A program made the position numbers and the translations under genes. Shown one piece after another: positions 25,215 to 38,962 of a DNA stretch of 63,495 nucleotides. Origin of the DNA: Octopus bimaculoides. Lineage: Eukaryota. Location: NCBI RefSeq assembly GCF_001194135.2, contig NC_068982.1:173258820-173322314 (forward strand). Reading direction: 5' to 3'. Each line of letters opens with the position of its first letter. Within the stretch, counting starts at the first letter, position 1. The notes below the pieces were generated by a model. The model had not been told where the DNA came from. It saw only the letters and a list, made by a program, of their open reading frames with translations, and searched no databases.

Positions 25215-25390
25215 TATATATATATATATATAAATCAAAATAAGCAACACGGATTTTAAAGATGATTGCAGTACGCACGTTTCATGCTACTCCATTTATT
25301 TAAGTAATGCAAGCATTACATTAAATGCAATATGCAGAGCAATCTTCAGCTGCACAAAAATGTAGAAAAATTACAGTAGAATAGACATAT
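25215..25390 (+). repeat. Dispersed repeat (second copy at 27900-28060)
   Basis: Shared tataa-tcaaaataagcaaca-gga...tgcagtac...tgcagagcaatc. Confidence 0.7.
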
Positions 25391-26184
25391 TATANNNNNN
25401 NNNNNNNNNNNNNNNNNNNNNNNNNNNNNNNNNNNNNNNNNNNNNNNNNNNNNNNNNNNNNNNNNNNNNNNNNNNNNNNNNNNNNNNNNNNNNNNNNNNN
25501 NNNNNNNNNNNNNNNNNNNNNNNNNNNNNNNNNNNNNNNNNNNNNNNNNNNNNNNNNNNNNNNNNNNNNNNNNNNNNNNNNNNNNNNNNNNNNNNNNNNN
25601 NNNNNNNNNNNNNNNNNNNNNNNNNNNNNNNNNNNNNNNNNNNNNNNNNNNNNNNNNNNNNNNNNNNNNNNNNNNNNNNNNNNNNNNNNNNNNNNNNNNN
25701 NNNNNNNNNNNNNNNNNNNNNNNNNNNNNNNNNNNNNNNNNNNNNNNNNNNNNNNNNNNNNNNNNNNNNNNNNNNNNNNNNNNNNNNNNNNNNNNNNNNN
25801 NNNNNNNNNNNNNNNNNNNNNNNNNNNNNNNNNNNNNNNNNNNNNNNNNNNNNNNNNNNNNNNNNNNNNNNNNNNNNNNNNNNNNNNNNNNNNNNNNNNN
25901 NNNNNNNNNNNNNNNNNNNNNNNNNNNNNNNNNNNNNNNNNNNNNNNNNNNNNNNNNNNNNNNNNNNNNNNNNNNNNNNNNNNNNNNNNNNNNNNNNNNN
26001 NNNNNNNNNNNNNNNNNNNNNNNNNNNNNNNNNNNNNNNNNNNNNNNNNNNNNNNNNNNNNNNNNNNNNNNNNNNNNNNNNNNNNNNNNNNNNNNNNNNN
26101 NNNNNNNNNNNNNNNNNNNNNNNNNNNNNNNNNNNNNNNNNNNNNNNNNNNNNNNNNNNNNNNNNNNNNNNNNNNNNNNNNNNN

Positions 26185-26236
<52 letters not shown>

Positions 26237-28059
26237 GAAGAGAGAGTCTTTCTCCGCAACAACAACAATAACGTTGCATAAAACCGTAAGCGATCAGTAA
26301 CGATACATTTTTTGCAAGCCAGTCTTATATATGAAGCGAAGAGAGTATAGCTAATGTAGAGGTATTGGTGGTGTTTTTGGTGGAGGAGATAGTGGTCCTA
26401 ATGACGGTAGTGGTGGTGATGGAAAACTTCTATGAAGTGGAGAGCTAGAGGAAGGTGAAAGTGAAGGTGCAATTTTGGTCCCATTCACTGGAACCAATTA
26501 TCCAGCCGAAACCGAAAATATTAAGCTTAGCACCAAAGCCTCTAATTCAAACAGCTTCTGCCTGTTTCCCTAGAATTCACACCGCACAATGTCATTCGGT
26601 GCATTTGCGAGAATAAACTAGATCTGGTTATATATACACACAGCTAGTTTTCGTATAGTTTTCAAGTTCAGGAACAGTCTGTGGTTTTTACATGCTCGCA
26701 CGCACACACACACACGCGCACACACAAACACACAAACACACACACACGCACTAGCGTATACATACACAATTGCAAATATAGACGCAGTAGTTGCCATACA
26801 AAAACTTAAATAAATACTTATATGCATACATACATACATACGTACACACACACACACACACACACACACCGGCCTTAAAAATCAACCTTCTATAAATNNN
26901 NNNNNNNNNNNNNNNNNNNNNNNNNNNNNNNNNNNNNNNNNNNNNNNNNNNNNNNNNNNNNNNNNNNNNNNNNNNNNNNNNNNNNNNNNNNNNNNNNNNN
27001 NNNNNNNNNNNNNNNNNNNNNNNNNNNNNNNNNNNNNNNNNNNNNNNNNNNNNNNNNNNNNNNNNNNNNNNNNNNNNNNNNNNNNNNNNNNNNNNNNNNN
27101 NNNNNNNNNNNNNNNNNNNNNNNNNNNNNNNNNNNNNNNNNNNNNNNNNNNNNNNNNNNNNNNNNNNNNNNNNNNNNNNNNNNNNNNNNNNNNNNNNNNN
27201 NNNNNNNNNNNNNNNNNNNNNNNNNNNNNNNNNNNNNNNNNNNNNNNNNNNNNNNNNNNNNNNNNNNNNNNNNNNNNNNNNNNNNNNNNNNNNNNNNNNN
27301 NNNNNNNNNNNNNNNNNNNNNNNNNNNNNNNNNNNNNNNNNNNNNNNNNNNNNNNNNNNNNNNNNNNNNNNNNNNNNNNNNNNNNNNNNNNNNNNNNNNN
27401 NNNNNNNNNNNNNNNNNNNNNNNNNNNNNNNNNNNNNNNNNNNNNNNNNNNNNNNNNNNNNNNNNNNNNNNNNNNNNNNNNNNNNNNNNNNNNNNNNNNN
27501 NNNNNNNNNNNNNNNNNNNNNNNNNNNNNNNNNNNNNNNNNNNNNNNNNNNNNNNNNNNNNNNNNNNNNNNNNNNNNNNNNNNNNNNNNNNNNNNNNNNN
27601 NNNNNNNNNNNNNNNNNNNNNNNNNNNNNNNNNNNNNNNNNNNNNNNNNNNNNNNNNNNNNNNNNNNNNNNNNNNNNNNNNNNNNNNNNNNNNNNNNNNN
27701 NNNNNNNNNNNNNNNNNNNNNNNNNNNNNNNNNNNNNNNNNNNNNNNNNNNNNNNNNNNNNNNNNNNNNNNNNNNNNNNNNNNNNNNNNNNNNNNNNNNN
27801 NNNNNNNNNNNNNNNNNNNNNNNNNNNNNNNNNNNNNNNNNNNNNNNNNNNNNNNNNNNNNNNNNNNNNNNNNNNNNNNNNNNNNNNNNNNNNNNNTATA
27901 TATATGTATAATCAAAATAAGCAACAGGATATCTAGAGGTAATGCAGTACCATCGTTTCCAGCGACCTCATTTAATTGAACAATGCAACCATTAAATCAG
28001 TTTAAATGCAGAGCAATCCCCATCTGCTTAAATACATAGAATTAAATTAAATTAAATCA

Positions 28060-28990
28060 GATGGACACATTAGTGTAATTTCATCTAAAACCTCTCAGAA
28101 GGCAAGGAGATAGACAAAGAAGATGTCTTCATTTCAGCTTAGAAGCTACTAAAGTATCAGGAAGAAAGACTTGTTAGAGATGTAGCTTGTCACTGTTTTT
28201 TAGGGTCAGTTTTAATTTATAGTCTTGTTTATCGAATCTTTATCAAGATCTAAGGCCAAAGAACAAGGAGCAGTGTCTGTTACGAAAGAGGCTGAGGGAG
28301 TCGATAGAAATCATAGTGGGTATAATTATGAAACTATCAAGATTAATTTGAAGCAAAATAATGAGATTTGGTAAAGGAAATCTTAAATCAAGATGTTAGC
28401 TGACAATTAAAGGGGCAAGAATCTAGTAAACCAATGACTGTAATGCAGAGGAAATTTTATCATGGGGTATTACAGTTAAATATTTTAAACAATATTGCCA
28501 TATCGTATAAAGTTAAAATTTAGGGTTATTCAGAAGATTATTAAGAATAATATTATGACAAAAGGATAATTCTTTTTTTGAATACCTTTGAGTATATACC
28601 AAATTTTACCACAATAAAGAGAGGAAAAGAAATTATCTAGAAATAGTTTCATATTTATACATATTATATACTTAAATACTAACTTATAAGATAGTATCTA
28701 TGAAGATATATCATTGGAATTTACTGGTATTTAATAAAGGAGTACTGAGGCAAAAGAACATGCTAACTATATAATCTAAGAAGTTTAAGTTGTGAAGATA
28801 CCGGTATTGTTTTATATAAGCTAAATATGAATTTATAGGGGTACAAACATAGGTTTATTTTATAAAGGCTATTATAAAATAATAAAATGATCGGTTAGGG
28901 TAGAACACCATAGAAAAGGAATAAAATAGCTAAATCACTAAAACCATGATAAAATATATATACCTTATTAACATCAATAGAGAAGATTTA
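28060..28990 (-). mobile_element. Highly decayed Penelope-like reverse-transcriptase remnant
   Basis: Minus frame YLTVIPHDKISSALQ...HLDLRFPLPNL resembles the PLE RT LYTxIPH motif region; many stops. Confidence 0.45.
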
Positions 28991-29759
28991 TAGAAAATGT
29001 ACAATAATTCAAGTATTTAAACTAAAAATTGTTTATTTACTTATTTAATTTGTATCAATAAAGACCGATACCTGTTATTATATATATATGCACACACTCA
29101 CATTCATATGCAAGTATATATGTTCATATATATATATCTGCAAACACAAGCACGCACACGCACATACAAACTCACCCCCTACACACACATACGCAGTCAC
29201 ACACACACACTCACACATACATATGTGCATGCTTATCGGTGTGTATGTTTGTATTAAGTTTCATTGTGACTCATAACCATAAGCGCCAGCGCAGAAATAC
29301 ATTCACGTGATATGCACGAGCAAGAAATGGAACCTTTACGTAGTTCCACGCCCTGCTAAAACCTACAGTTAAATCTCCTCCAAATCGTACTCTCTCTTTT
29401 AAAAAAAAAAAAAAAATGGCTGATGTAGTCCTGATATAGTGTACGCAAAATGAAAAATATGACATTCAAGACTTGAACGCTTTCGATCGTTATAGGTCTG
29501 CTCGATTGGGGTGACCTAAGACTAAGCGAAGGCATCACAAACAACCAGGATGATTATGGGTTTCCGTTTATAAAGCAAGAAAGTATTTTTTTAACTAATT
29601 ACTACTATACTGCTGCGTGCCCTCTACAAAATTTACAGGTCATGTTATGATACGAATACTGGCATACGTTTGACACGGAATTGAGGCCATGCAAATTGGA
29701 TACATATATACATACGTATGTATGCATGCATGTATGCATATCTATCTATCTATCTATCG

Positions 29760-29822
<63 letters not shown>

Positions 29823-30959
29823 ATATATATTATATATTATATAGTAAACAGCAGTAAAACGAAAATTTTACATGATTCATTATTTAGTTGCTTTTAACAG
29901 CTGTTTCAATCCAATAAAAGCACTAACATATGTAATTACGTAATTATTACGTTATTAACAACGTACATAATTGATATAAATGTGATAGATTACCTTTCTC
30001 ATCAAGGGCACACACACATACACACACACAAACACGCATGCACACACATAATACATACGCGTGGCTGTGGTAAGAAGCTTGCTTCTCAACCACATCATTG
30101 TGGGTTCAGTCCGACTGGTGGCNNNNNNNNNNNNNNNNNNNNNNNNNNNNNNNNNNNNNNNNNNNNNNNNNNNNNNNNNNNNNNNNNNNNNNNNNNNNNN
30201 NNNNNNNNNNNNNNNNNNNNNNNNNNNNNNNNNNNNNNNNNNNNNNNNNNNNNNNNNNNNNNNNNNNNNNNNNNNNNNNNNNNNNNNNNNNNNNNNNNNN
30301 NNNNNNNNNNNNNNNNNNNNNNNNNNNNNNNNNNNNNNNNNNNNNNNNNNNNNNNNNNNNNNNNNNNNNNNNNNNNNNNNNNNNNNNNNNNNNNNNNNNN
30401 NNNNNNNNNNNNNNNNNNNNNNNNNNNNNNNNNNNNNNNNNNNNNNNNNNNNNNNNNNNNNNNNNNNNNNNNNNNNNNNNNNNNNNNNNNNNNNNNNNNN
30501 NNNNNNNNNNNNNNNNNNNNNNNNNNNNNNNNNNNNNNNNNNNNNNNNNNNNNNNNNNNNNNNNNNNNNNNNNNNNNNNNNNNNNNNNNNNNNNNNNNNN
30601 NNNNNNNNNNNNNNNNNNNNNNNNNNNNNNNNNNNNNNNNNNNNNNNNNNNNNNNNNNNNNNNNNNNNNNNNNNNNNNNNNNNNNNNNNNNNNNNNNNNN
30701 NNNNNNNNNNNNNNNNNNNNNNNNNNNNNNNNNNNNNNNNNNNNNNNNNNNNNNNNNNNNNNNNNNNNNNNNNNNNNNNNNNNNNNNNNNNNNNNNNNNN
30801 NNNNNNNNNNNNNNNNNNNNNNNNNNNNNNNNNNNNNNNNNNNNNNNNNNNNNNNNNNNNNNNNNNNNNNNNNNNNNNNNNNNNNNNNNNNNNNNNNNNN
30901 NNNNNNNNNNNNNNNNNNNNNNNNNNNNNNNNNNNNNNNNNNAGTACGTGTACATGGAA

Positions 30960-31225
30960 TATGAACTATTTTTTCGAACAACGAAAGACACAAATGGAAA
31001 ACAAGACAAACAACATTAAGAACAACTCTTCATCAGTTGTTGGCTGTTTTTCTAGTCTCGTATTTCGAGCATTTAACAACAGTATACGCTTTCGATAAAA
31101 CAGTTGCTCCCGCATAGCAAAGTAAATAAAATTTGTGATTTTGCGGAGGGTCAAAATTGGTAACACAAACAAGACCGAAAAGAAATGGGAAGGGCTGCTA
31201 AGCCTAAACGAGGTTGTGGTGGGGA
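30960..31225. mobile_element. Second copy of the repeat at 5515-5990
   Basis: Shared sequence blocks as listed for 5515-5990. Confidence 0.55.
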
Positions 31226-31269
31226 ACGCGTAAATCAATCAGAGAAGAACACGTCTTCCTTGTTCCAGC

Positions 31270-31330
<61 letters not shown>

Positions 31331-31349
31331 ATATATAGATAGCTCTATG

Positions 31350-31570
31350 TGTGTATCTTTGTGTCTGCGTTTGTCTCTCCACCATCTCTTCACAACTGAT
31401 GTTGGTGTGTTTACGTTCCGTAACGTAGCGGTTCGGCACAAGGTACAGATAGAATAAGTACTAGACTTACGAAGAATAAGTCCTGGGGTCGATTTCTTCG
31501 ACTAAAACACTTCAAGGCGGTGCTCCAGCATGGCCGCAGTCAAATGACTGAAACAAGTAAAAAAAAAAAA
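31350..31570 (+). mobile_element. SINE family B, 3' half
   Basis: acaactgatgttggtgtgtttacg...ggcggtgctccagcatggccgcagtcaaatgactgaaacaagtaaaa. Confidence 0.9.
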
Positions 31571-32071
31571 AGAATATATATGTATATATATTATTCATAA
31601 AATTAGTGTACATTTAAACACAAAGAGGCGACCCTAACAGGACACCTTACATGCTAGAAGGAACAGTCAAAGTCCAAACCGCGGTTAAGAGCAATTTCGA
31701 AGGGAATGAAAAATAAAAACATCTACAATATTTACCTCTCGAACCTAGGTTTCGAACTTTAATTAACAAATAAAACAATTTGTATGTATATTACTTTACT
31801 TGGGGATGGTCATATGTTGCCAATTAAACACACACTATATGCTTGGTCTTTACTTCAGCTTTATCATTAGTAAATATATATATATGTTCAATCATACATG
31901 CATACACTACTGAGTGAACAAACGAAAGAAAGAAGCATTCATCATATTTGGAATTACATGTATTTAATAACAGTTTATCTCAGCTGCACATAAGTTTCGT
32001 GCATACAAGGCACTTCCACATCATCAGATGTTCGGCAATAGACAAACAGATAGACAAACAGACAGACAGAC

Positions 32072-32124
<53 letters not shown>

Positions 32125-32628
32125 TGGATTCGCTGGAGCATACAGGAGGAACAGAAGTCGATACATGAAAATATATATCCATTATTTTTATTCGGCTGCA
32201 AAGTTTCATAAATGATTCAAGGCCTGAAGTGCGAGATATAAAACACACGGCTTTGAGTCATTTATGTACTTTCACAGTTAATTATTGTGTGTCTGTATAT
32301 ATCTGTATATGTATTTATAGTATGTGTAAATGTTTATTAATATATGTGAGTGTGTACGTACGTGTGTGTTTGCATGCGTGTGTTTATAGTGAACAAAGTG
32401 GTGTGTCTATGTGTTATCGCGTTTTATATCTACAAGGTTTGTTTTATTTACTGTTGAATAATTACTGTTGAATACTTTTATAGCAAATTGTCATTTGCTT
32501 TAAATATTGGACGAATTTGCGTGAACCAAGGATTGGTAGACTGTTTTTGGTAACGGGTTGCGTAATTTGTACAAAGGCGCATCTCTTAAAAGTAAAACTG
32601 TAATAAAGATGGAGTGCTCATTGCTTCG

Positions 32629-32660
<32 letters not shown>

Positions 32661-33176
32661 TGTATGTATGTATGTGTGTGTGTGTATATATATATATATT
32701 GTAACAGTAAATCTCAGATCACCGCAAGACGCAAGAGAACACAACGGGAACCACTTGAGCAAATATACATCCTTGAATCACTAAAGGCAAGCTTTCGAGT
32801 GTGACTCTAATGACTATTTGTCGACTTACTGGACCATGTCGACATCAAACAAACACTCAGACATATATACATGTTTTTACAGAATTACGCTATCAACAAC
32901 GTCTGGAAATCTAAGTTTATTCTCCGAAAGTTTCACACCCAACACATTCTCGCTTCCTTATGCAAGCGATCACGTGATACAGACTGGTGGTGGGTATTTT
33001 TTTCTCTGACGCACGTGGTCCTCTTGCGAAATAGTAGGGTGCCAAGCTGTGTTTTTACATCCGTCGACTGGGTGACTGCATTCCCTTTCTTCTCTTTCTC
33101 TTCCTGCACTCTTTTCTTCTTTGCCTTTCCTTAGAATTTGACGTAAAATACTCTGCATTTAGTATTTTTTTTCCAT

Positions 33177-33340
33177 GGTTGTGTGGTATTTCTTTCATGG
33201 TTGCTCCCTAACCACATGGTTCTGGGTTCAATCCTACTGCATGGCACCTTGGGCAAGTGCCTTTTACTATAGCCTCGAGCCGACTAAAGTCTTGTGAATG
33301 GATTTGGTAGATGGAAATTGAAAGAAGCCTATCGAATATA
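33177..33340 (+). mobile_element. SINE family B, 5' half
   Basis: accacatggttctgggttcaatcctactgcatggcaccttgggcaagtg. Confidence 0.85.
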
Positions 33341-33348
33341 TGTATGTA

Positions 33349-33694
33349 GGCGCAGGAGTGAGCTGCATGGTAAGAAGCTTGGTTCCTAACTACATAGCTC
33401 CGGATTCAGTCCCACTGCGTGGAACCTTGGACAAGAGTCTTCTGCTATAGCCTCGGGCCGACCAAAGCCTTGTGAGTGGATTTGGTAGATAGAAACTGAA
33501 ACAAGCCCGTCATATATATATATATATATANNNNNNNNNNNNNNNNNNNNNNNNNNNNNNNNNNNNNNNNNNNNNNNNNNNNNNNNNNNNNNNNNNNNNN
33601 NNNNNNNNNNNNNNNNNNNNNNNNNNNNNNNNNNNNNNNNNNNNNNNNNNNNNNNNNNNNNNNNNNNNNNNNNNNNNNNNNNNNNNNNNNNNNN

Positions 33695-33730
<36 letters not shown>

Positions 33731-33935
33731 TGTGTTTGTATCCCACCATCGCTGTTGGTGTGTTTACGTCCCCGTAACCTAGCGGTTTGGGAAATGGGAC
33801 CGATAGAATAAGTACTAGGCTTACAACGAATAAGACCTAGGATTGTTTTGTTTGACTAAAGGCAGTGCCCCAGCGTGACCGCAGTCGAATGACTGAAACA
33901 AGTAAAAGAATAAAAGAATGAAAGAATAAAAGAAT
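33349..33935 (+). mobile_element. SINE family B, full length across an N-gap in its internal microsatellite
   Basis: Head ggcgcaggagtgagctgcatggtaag; 3' half resumes after the gap; tail aaagaat repeats. Confidence 0.88.
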
Positions 33936-33944
33936 GAGTGTGTA

Positions 33945-34160
33945 TGTGTGTCTTTGTGTCTGTGCTGTCTTCCCGCACCGCTTGACGACCAGTGCTAGTG
34001 TGTTCACGTCTCTGTAACCTAGCGGTTCGGCAAAAGAGAGCAATAGAATAAGTACCAGGCTTAACAAAAAATATGTACTGGGATCGATACATTCGACCAG
34101 AATTCTACAAGGCAGTGCCCCAGCAAGGCCACCGTCTAATGATTGAAACAAGTAAAAAAA
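33945..34160 (+). mobile_element. SINE family B, 3' half
   Basis: cgcttgacgaccagtgctagtgtgttcacgtc...gattgaaacaagtaaaa. Confidence 0.85.
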
Positions 34161-34371
34161 AAATCGATAGATGATCTTCTATGTTGAAGACTGATCATAA
34201 CGGATTAGGCAAGGGATCAATCTGCTGGATTATTCGAAAAAGAAATCATAGGAAGTGATGAGCATTTCCCTTTCTGTTCAATTTCTTTGGAAACAATTGA
34301 GAGAAATTTATTTTAAATTCACTTGTATTCTCTCTTTCTCAGCTAGCAACAATGAGTAGTACTTGTATTTC

Positions 34372-34535
34372 AAAGTGCCAGGCTTGTCACACTCTGTGTC
34401 ACGTGGAATCTCCCTGAGGACTATGTTAAGGGTACACGTGTCTGTTGAGTGCTTAGCCACATGCACGTTATTTCACGAGCAGGCTGTTCCTGGATCAACT
34501 AGAACCCTTGTCGTCGCAACCGACGGAGTGCCAGT
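34372..34535 (+). mobile_element. SINE family C, 3' part
   Basis: Reverse complement of 36347-36510. Confidence 0.85.
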
Positions 34536-34789
34536 ATGGTATACCATTAATATCGAATATTTTACTGCACTAACTTTCTCAAGCTGTCGTGCAGCAGTCA
34601 GTATTTATCATGCAGATCTATGGTGCTTTATCAATAACAACACTTGACATTATCAAGACTAGACGTGATTCACAGATCCAGTAATCCAGATATAAAACCA
34701 TCGTGCACGCCAACGTATAGAACATTATCGTAAGTGGTACAGAGTGAAAATATGGTGACGTTGCATTCTTTCTTCTATATCATTTTTAC

Positions 34790-34985
34790 TTTTTACTTTT
34801 TATTTTCCTCAGTCATTGGACTTCGGCCATGTTAGGGCACCGCCTTGAAGAGTTTTTAGTCAAATGAATCAACCCCAGTACTTATTCTATCGGCCTCTTT
34901 TGCCGAACCGCTGAGTTACGGGGACGTTAACTCGCCAACACCGGTTATCAAGTGGTAGTGGGGGACAAACAGAGACACTAAACAT
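34790..34985 (-). mobile_element. SINE family B, 3' half
   Basis: cagtcattggacttcggccatg...gccgaaccgctgagttacgggg. Confidence 0.85.
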
Positions 34986-35025
34986 ATGTGCGCGCATACA
35001 CACACACACACATACATACATACAT

Positions 35026-35259
35026 AAGGCGGCGAGCTGGCAGAATCGTTAGCACGCCGGGCGAAATGCTTAGCGGTATTTCGTCTGCCGCTACGTTACG
35101 AGTTCAAATTCCGCCAAGGTCGACTTTGCCTTTCATCCTTTCGGAGTCGATTAAATAAGTACCAGTTACGCACTGGGGTCGATGTAATCGACTTAATCCC
35201 TTTGTCTGTCCTTGTTTGTCCCCTCTGTGTGTAGCCCCTTGTAGGTAGTAAAGAAATAA
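35026..35259 (+). mobile_element. SINE family A, full length, tail type a
   Basis: aaggcggcgagctggcagaatcgttagc to gtaaagaaataa, inserted in (CATA)n. Confidence 0.93.
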
Positions 35260-35335
35260 CATACATACATACATTACATACAGTTGCTAATTTGAGAAAC
35301 TACTTCTGCCACTACTGGTGGTATCACAACTTTAC

Positions 35336-35558
35336 CTTTCGTAGCAGCAGCTTCTGGTGGAGCTACCAGAAACTGTATAATTGTCGTTACTGCTGTTGCT
35401 GTTGTTGCAGTTAGTGTTGGTAACCATGTTGATTTCGCTGGCCAAACTTTCTCCCTTTTCTTCTTCCGACAAACGAGAGTAGCTATCTGCACTGTCAGGT
35501 CTTACTCTTACAACCTTCAGCCACTTTTCGTGGTCGCCCAACCCGCTTGAAATAGCAG
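35336..35558 (-). CDS. Candidate 223-nt internal exon, AAISSGLGDHEKWLKVVRVRPDSADSYSRLSEEEKGESLASEINMVTNTNCNNSNSSNDNYTVSGSSTRSCCYE(R), product unknown
   Basis: Non-repetitive, GC-richer island; T12 tract and atttag/ acceptor; gaaag/gtaaag donor; only one minus frame is open across the exon. Confidence 0.5.
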
Positions 35559-36346
35559 CTAAATCTCCCGAAAATTGCAAAAAAAAAAAACATGAAGGAA
35601 AGACGCAGCCTAGTATAGCCCTAAATTCAATAAAATAAAGTGGGGTGGTTATAGCTGGATGCCTTTGGTCATGGGTGTTCTCGATTCGGGGCTAACCTAG
35701 TGCTAAGAACAACAACAACAATTCTCACTACTACTTCAGTAGCCATTTAGAAAAGTGTCGTCTGTGAATGATAAATAAATAAATAAATAAATACTGCCAA
35801 ATATGCTCCACTTGAGGTGCTGGTACTTAATCACAATTACCTCATTACTGTTTTTGGCTAATTTAACTTCAAAAGTAAAACCAGCTACGTTTCCAACTTA
35901 TCGAGTTGGCATTGACTTTAAAGAAAATTTATCAAAACTGTGAAAGAGTTTCCGGTAGAATACTCTGTTTTAATGATAACTTCCATAAATATTGTTGCTA
36001 CAGTCATTATTATTATTAATATTATTATCATTATTATTATTATTAATATCATTATCATTATCATTATAGAGATTTCTGAGGCATGATGCCATCAATTTTG
36101 AGGATACACTTTGTCGATTTAATCGATTCCGTTACGTGACTGGTATTTTATTTATATCGACGATGGAAGAAAGAAACGAAGTTAACTCTGAAGTGATTTG
36201 AACTCCTGACATAAGAGTTCACAACTAATACAGCATATGTTAACTGAGAAACTTTTCCGTTTCTTATTTTGAAGTCTCAATGTAAGAGCTCCTGGAAATA
36301 ACAACTGTTGATTTTTGTTTAATGTTAGTACAAGACAGTGTCCTAG

Positions 36347-36725
36347 TGGCACTCCGTCGCTTACGACGTCGAGGGTTCCAGTTGATCCGATCAACGGAAC
36401 AGCCTGCTCGTGAAATTAACGTGCAAGTGGCTGAGCACTCCACAGACACGTGTACCCTTAACGTAGTTCTCGGGGATATTCAGCGTGACACAGTGTGACA
36501 AGGCTGGCCCTTTGAATTACAGGCACAACAGAAACAGGAAGTAAGAGTGAGAGAAAGTTATGGTGGAAGAGTACAGCAGGGTTCGCCACCATCCCCTGCC
36601 GGAGCCTCGTGGAGCTTTAGGTGTTTTCGCTCAATAAACACTCACAGCGCCCGGTCTGGGAATCGAAACCGCGATCCTATGACCGCGAGTCCGCTGCCCT
36701 AACCAGTGGGCCATTGCGCCTCCAC
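36347..36725 (-). mobile_element. tRNA-derived SINE family C, full length
   Basis: Minus-strand head gtggaggcgcaatggcccactggttagggcagcggactcgcggtcataggatcgcggtttcgattccc (A and B boxes); other copies at 34372, 39612 and 53625. Confidence 0.9.
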
Positions 36726-36978
36726 ACATGGCAGTGTATTTAATAGGAAAAGGTAACATATTGAATTAAAGTGACCGTACTACTGGACTGACGCTGATTC
36801 GGTATACCACAAGATTCAAGGTTCTACAAACTACGAGATACGGGATACATGTTTCAAAATTACTTATAAGCATTCAGGTAAAACAAAAATAAATTTGCCA
36901 GCTGAATTATGATAAGGTATCTATCATAAGTAAACGTGTCTTTTTTCCCAACACAAAGATTCATTCACCGCACGCACG

Positions 36979-37033
<55 letters not shown>

Positions 37034-38308
37034 TTCTCCCCTTCTCTCTCAAGAACGGCATGCAAATAGAACCTAGATACTGGCTGTCAAGGTCAAAATC
37101 GTATAAAATCGTATGATCGATGTTTTGGATTGAACAATCATTACTACTTTTACGCTAGAAGTCGAAAATCAAACGAAAAAGAAAAAAAAACGCTATCCCA
37201 AACAATGGACTATTCAAAGCATAAGCTATTATCATAAAAAGCAAGAATATGTTCTAGCTGAGAGAGTGTCTCCGCCCGCTTTTGTAAATAGCTGTGTTAC
37301 TTATAGTGTTTTGCGTATTACAACTTGACTAGTTTCTCATTAATAAAAGCCCCTTCTTTCAACACGATACAATACTCGCCTCAAATGCTAAGCTTTACTG
37401 AGGATCACTCCTTTTGAGCGTACATCCACAATGTAGCTAAAACTGTATCATTATCACTAGCTTTCCCCCACTATACTTCAAAATACTTCTGCCACTTCCA
37501 ACAACAACTGTCTATAAATGTCAGGTGTACTGGTAGAGTATTATTGCTTCCACAATTGAGACAGTATGTTACTATACACACGGACACTCTCGACAAACAT
37601 CCAAAAGAAAAACACGAAGTCACTCACAGACGTTCCAAATTCTGTCTCTCAGATGTGCAATCTCAGTTGTTTGTCTTTTCTACCGCGATTACATTTGGAC
37701 ACTATGCCACGGAGTTGATAAGTCTCGATCGCTTCCACCAAGGTACTCCCAACATACTTGCCTTTCCCTCCACCCATCAACCTTACTGTGTCCATCCTCA
37801 AGTTTTTATATGAACCACCATGTTTATTCCTCCTCCCCAGGACGTCAACGCCCTTTCAGCACGTTTTCTTGTAGTCGTCTTCTTGAAAATGTTCACGACA
37901 AACATTGACCACTTCGAGCTCACTGGTCTCGGTTGCTTGCTAAGGTTATAGATATATTGCCTTCTTCGAGACCAATAAACATATATATATACAAATACAT
38001 ATATTTAATGTGAAGAACATACAAAAAGGAAATGGTGTTAAACGATAGTAAGTGTTCCGTTGGAAAGAGTGCCTTTTGTTTTGTACTTTAATACTAAACT
38101 CGCAAGCGATACAGCAACAAGCATTTTGGTAAAATGAGTTTTCCTGATGTCTACAAATCATGAGGGCAAAGTTGCAAAGTTGCAAGCTATGTACATGTGA
38201 ACATTCCTTTACAAAGATAGAATAAAATGTGGAAAAAATACGTACATACATATCCACACCCACATATGTGTGTGTGTGTGTGTTTGTACAACTGTACACA
38301 CACACACA

Positions 38309-38355
<47 letters not shown>

Positions 38356-38962
38356 ACATGTATGTATATGGATATCTATGATCTTTATGTTTGTATTTAT
38401 GCATTCCCAGTCTGCTGCAACAAGAGAGCGGAAATGTTTAAAGATTGGCTTATTTACGTAATCGCTGCATATTTGATCTTTTTGAAAACAAAAATAAAGA
38501 AATTATAAAGCTGAGAAGGAACTATCACCTGGAATGCAATGCATGTTTTGCGAAAATATTCTGCATGTGTGTGTGCGCATGAGTGCGTATGTGTGAGCAC
38601 GCGTGTGCATAGCCCTGTGTGGATTAGCTTTCTGCGCATGTGTGTGCGAATAAATATGTGAACGTGAATATCGGTAACGTACGAATAAAACAAGCTTTCT
38701 CTCTTTCTGAGCGTCGATTTACTTTTCTTTGTTAGCTGAATGGGCACCAAGAATGAAAGAGGCTCTAAACAGCAATTTCTAGGTTTGCTAGAAATAGCAG
38801 CAATAGTGTTATCTTTCGTCCTGCATTAATGGCATTATAATCAACGCTCTTTTCTTTTGATATTATCCTTTTCGGTTAACTCAACACGCACAACATCTCT
38901 TGGCCCTGAATCTGAATCTCCTTTCAAACCGACATTGCCGGTGCGGAGGTTGACTGACTTAC

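Noticed and set aside
29271-29395. Possible exon RVRFGGDLTVGFSRAWNYVKVPFL...
   Set aside because: The acceptor relies on a poly-T run, there is no clear donor, and the phase does not fit the neighbouring candidates.
32970-33132. Possible terminal exon (R)KGKEEKSAGRE...PPPVCIT*, phase-compatible with the 35336 donor
   Set aside because: The acceptor has a weak pyrimidine tract and the frame starts in an (AAG/GA)-rich low-complexity tract; support is insufficient.
36650-36725. Possible tRNA gene on the minus strand
   Set aside because: It is the head of SINE family C, which has several body copies in the window.
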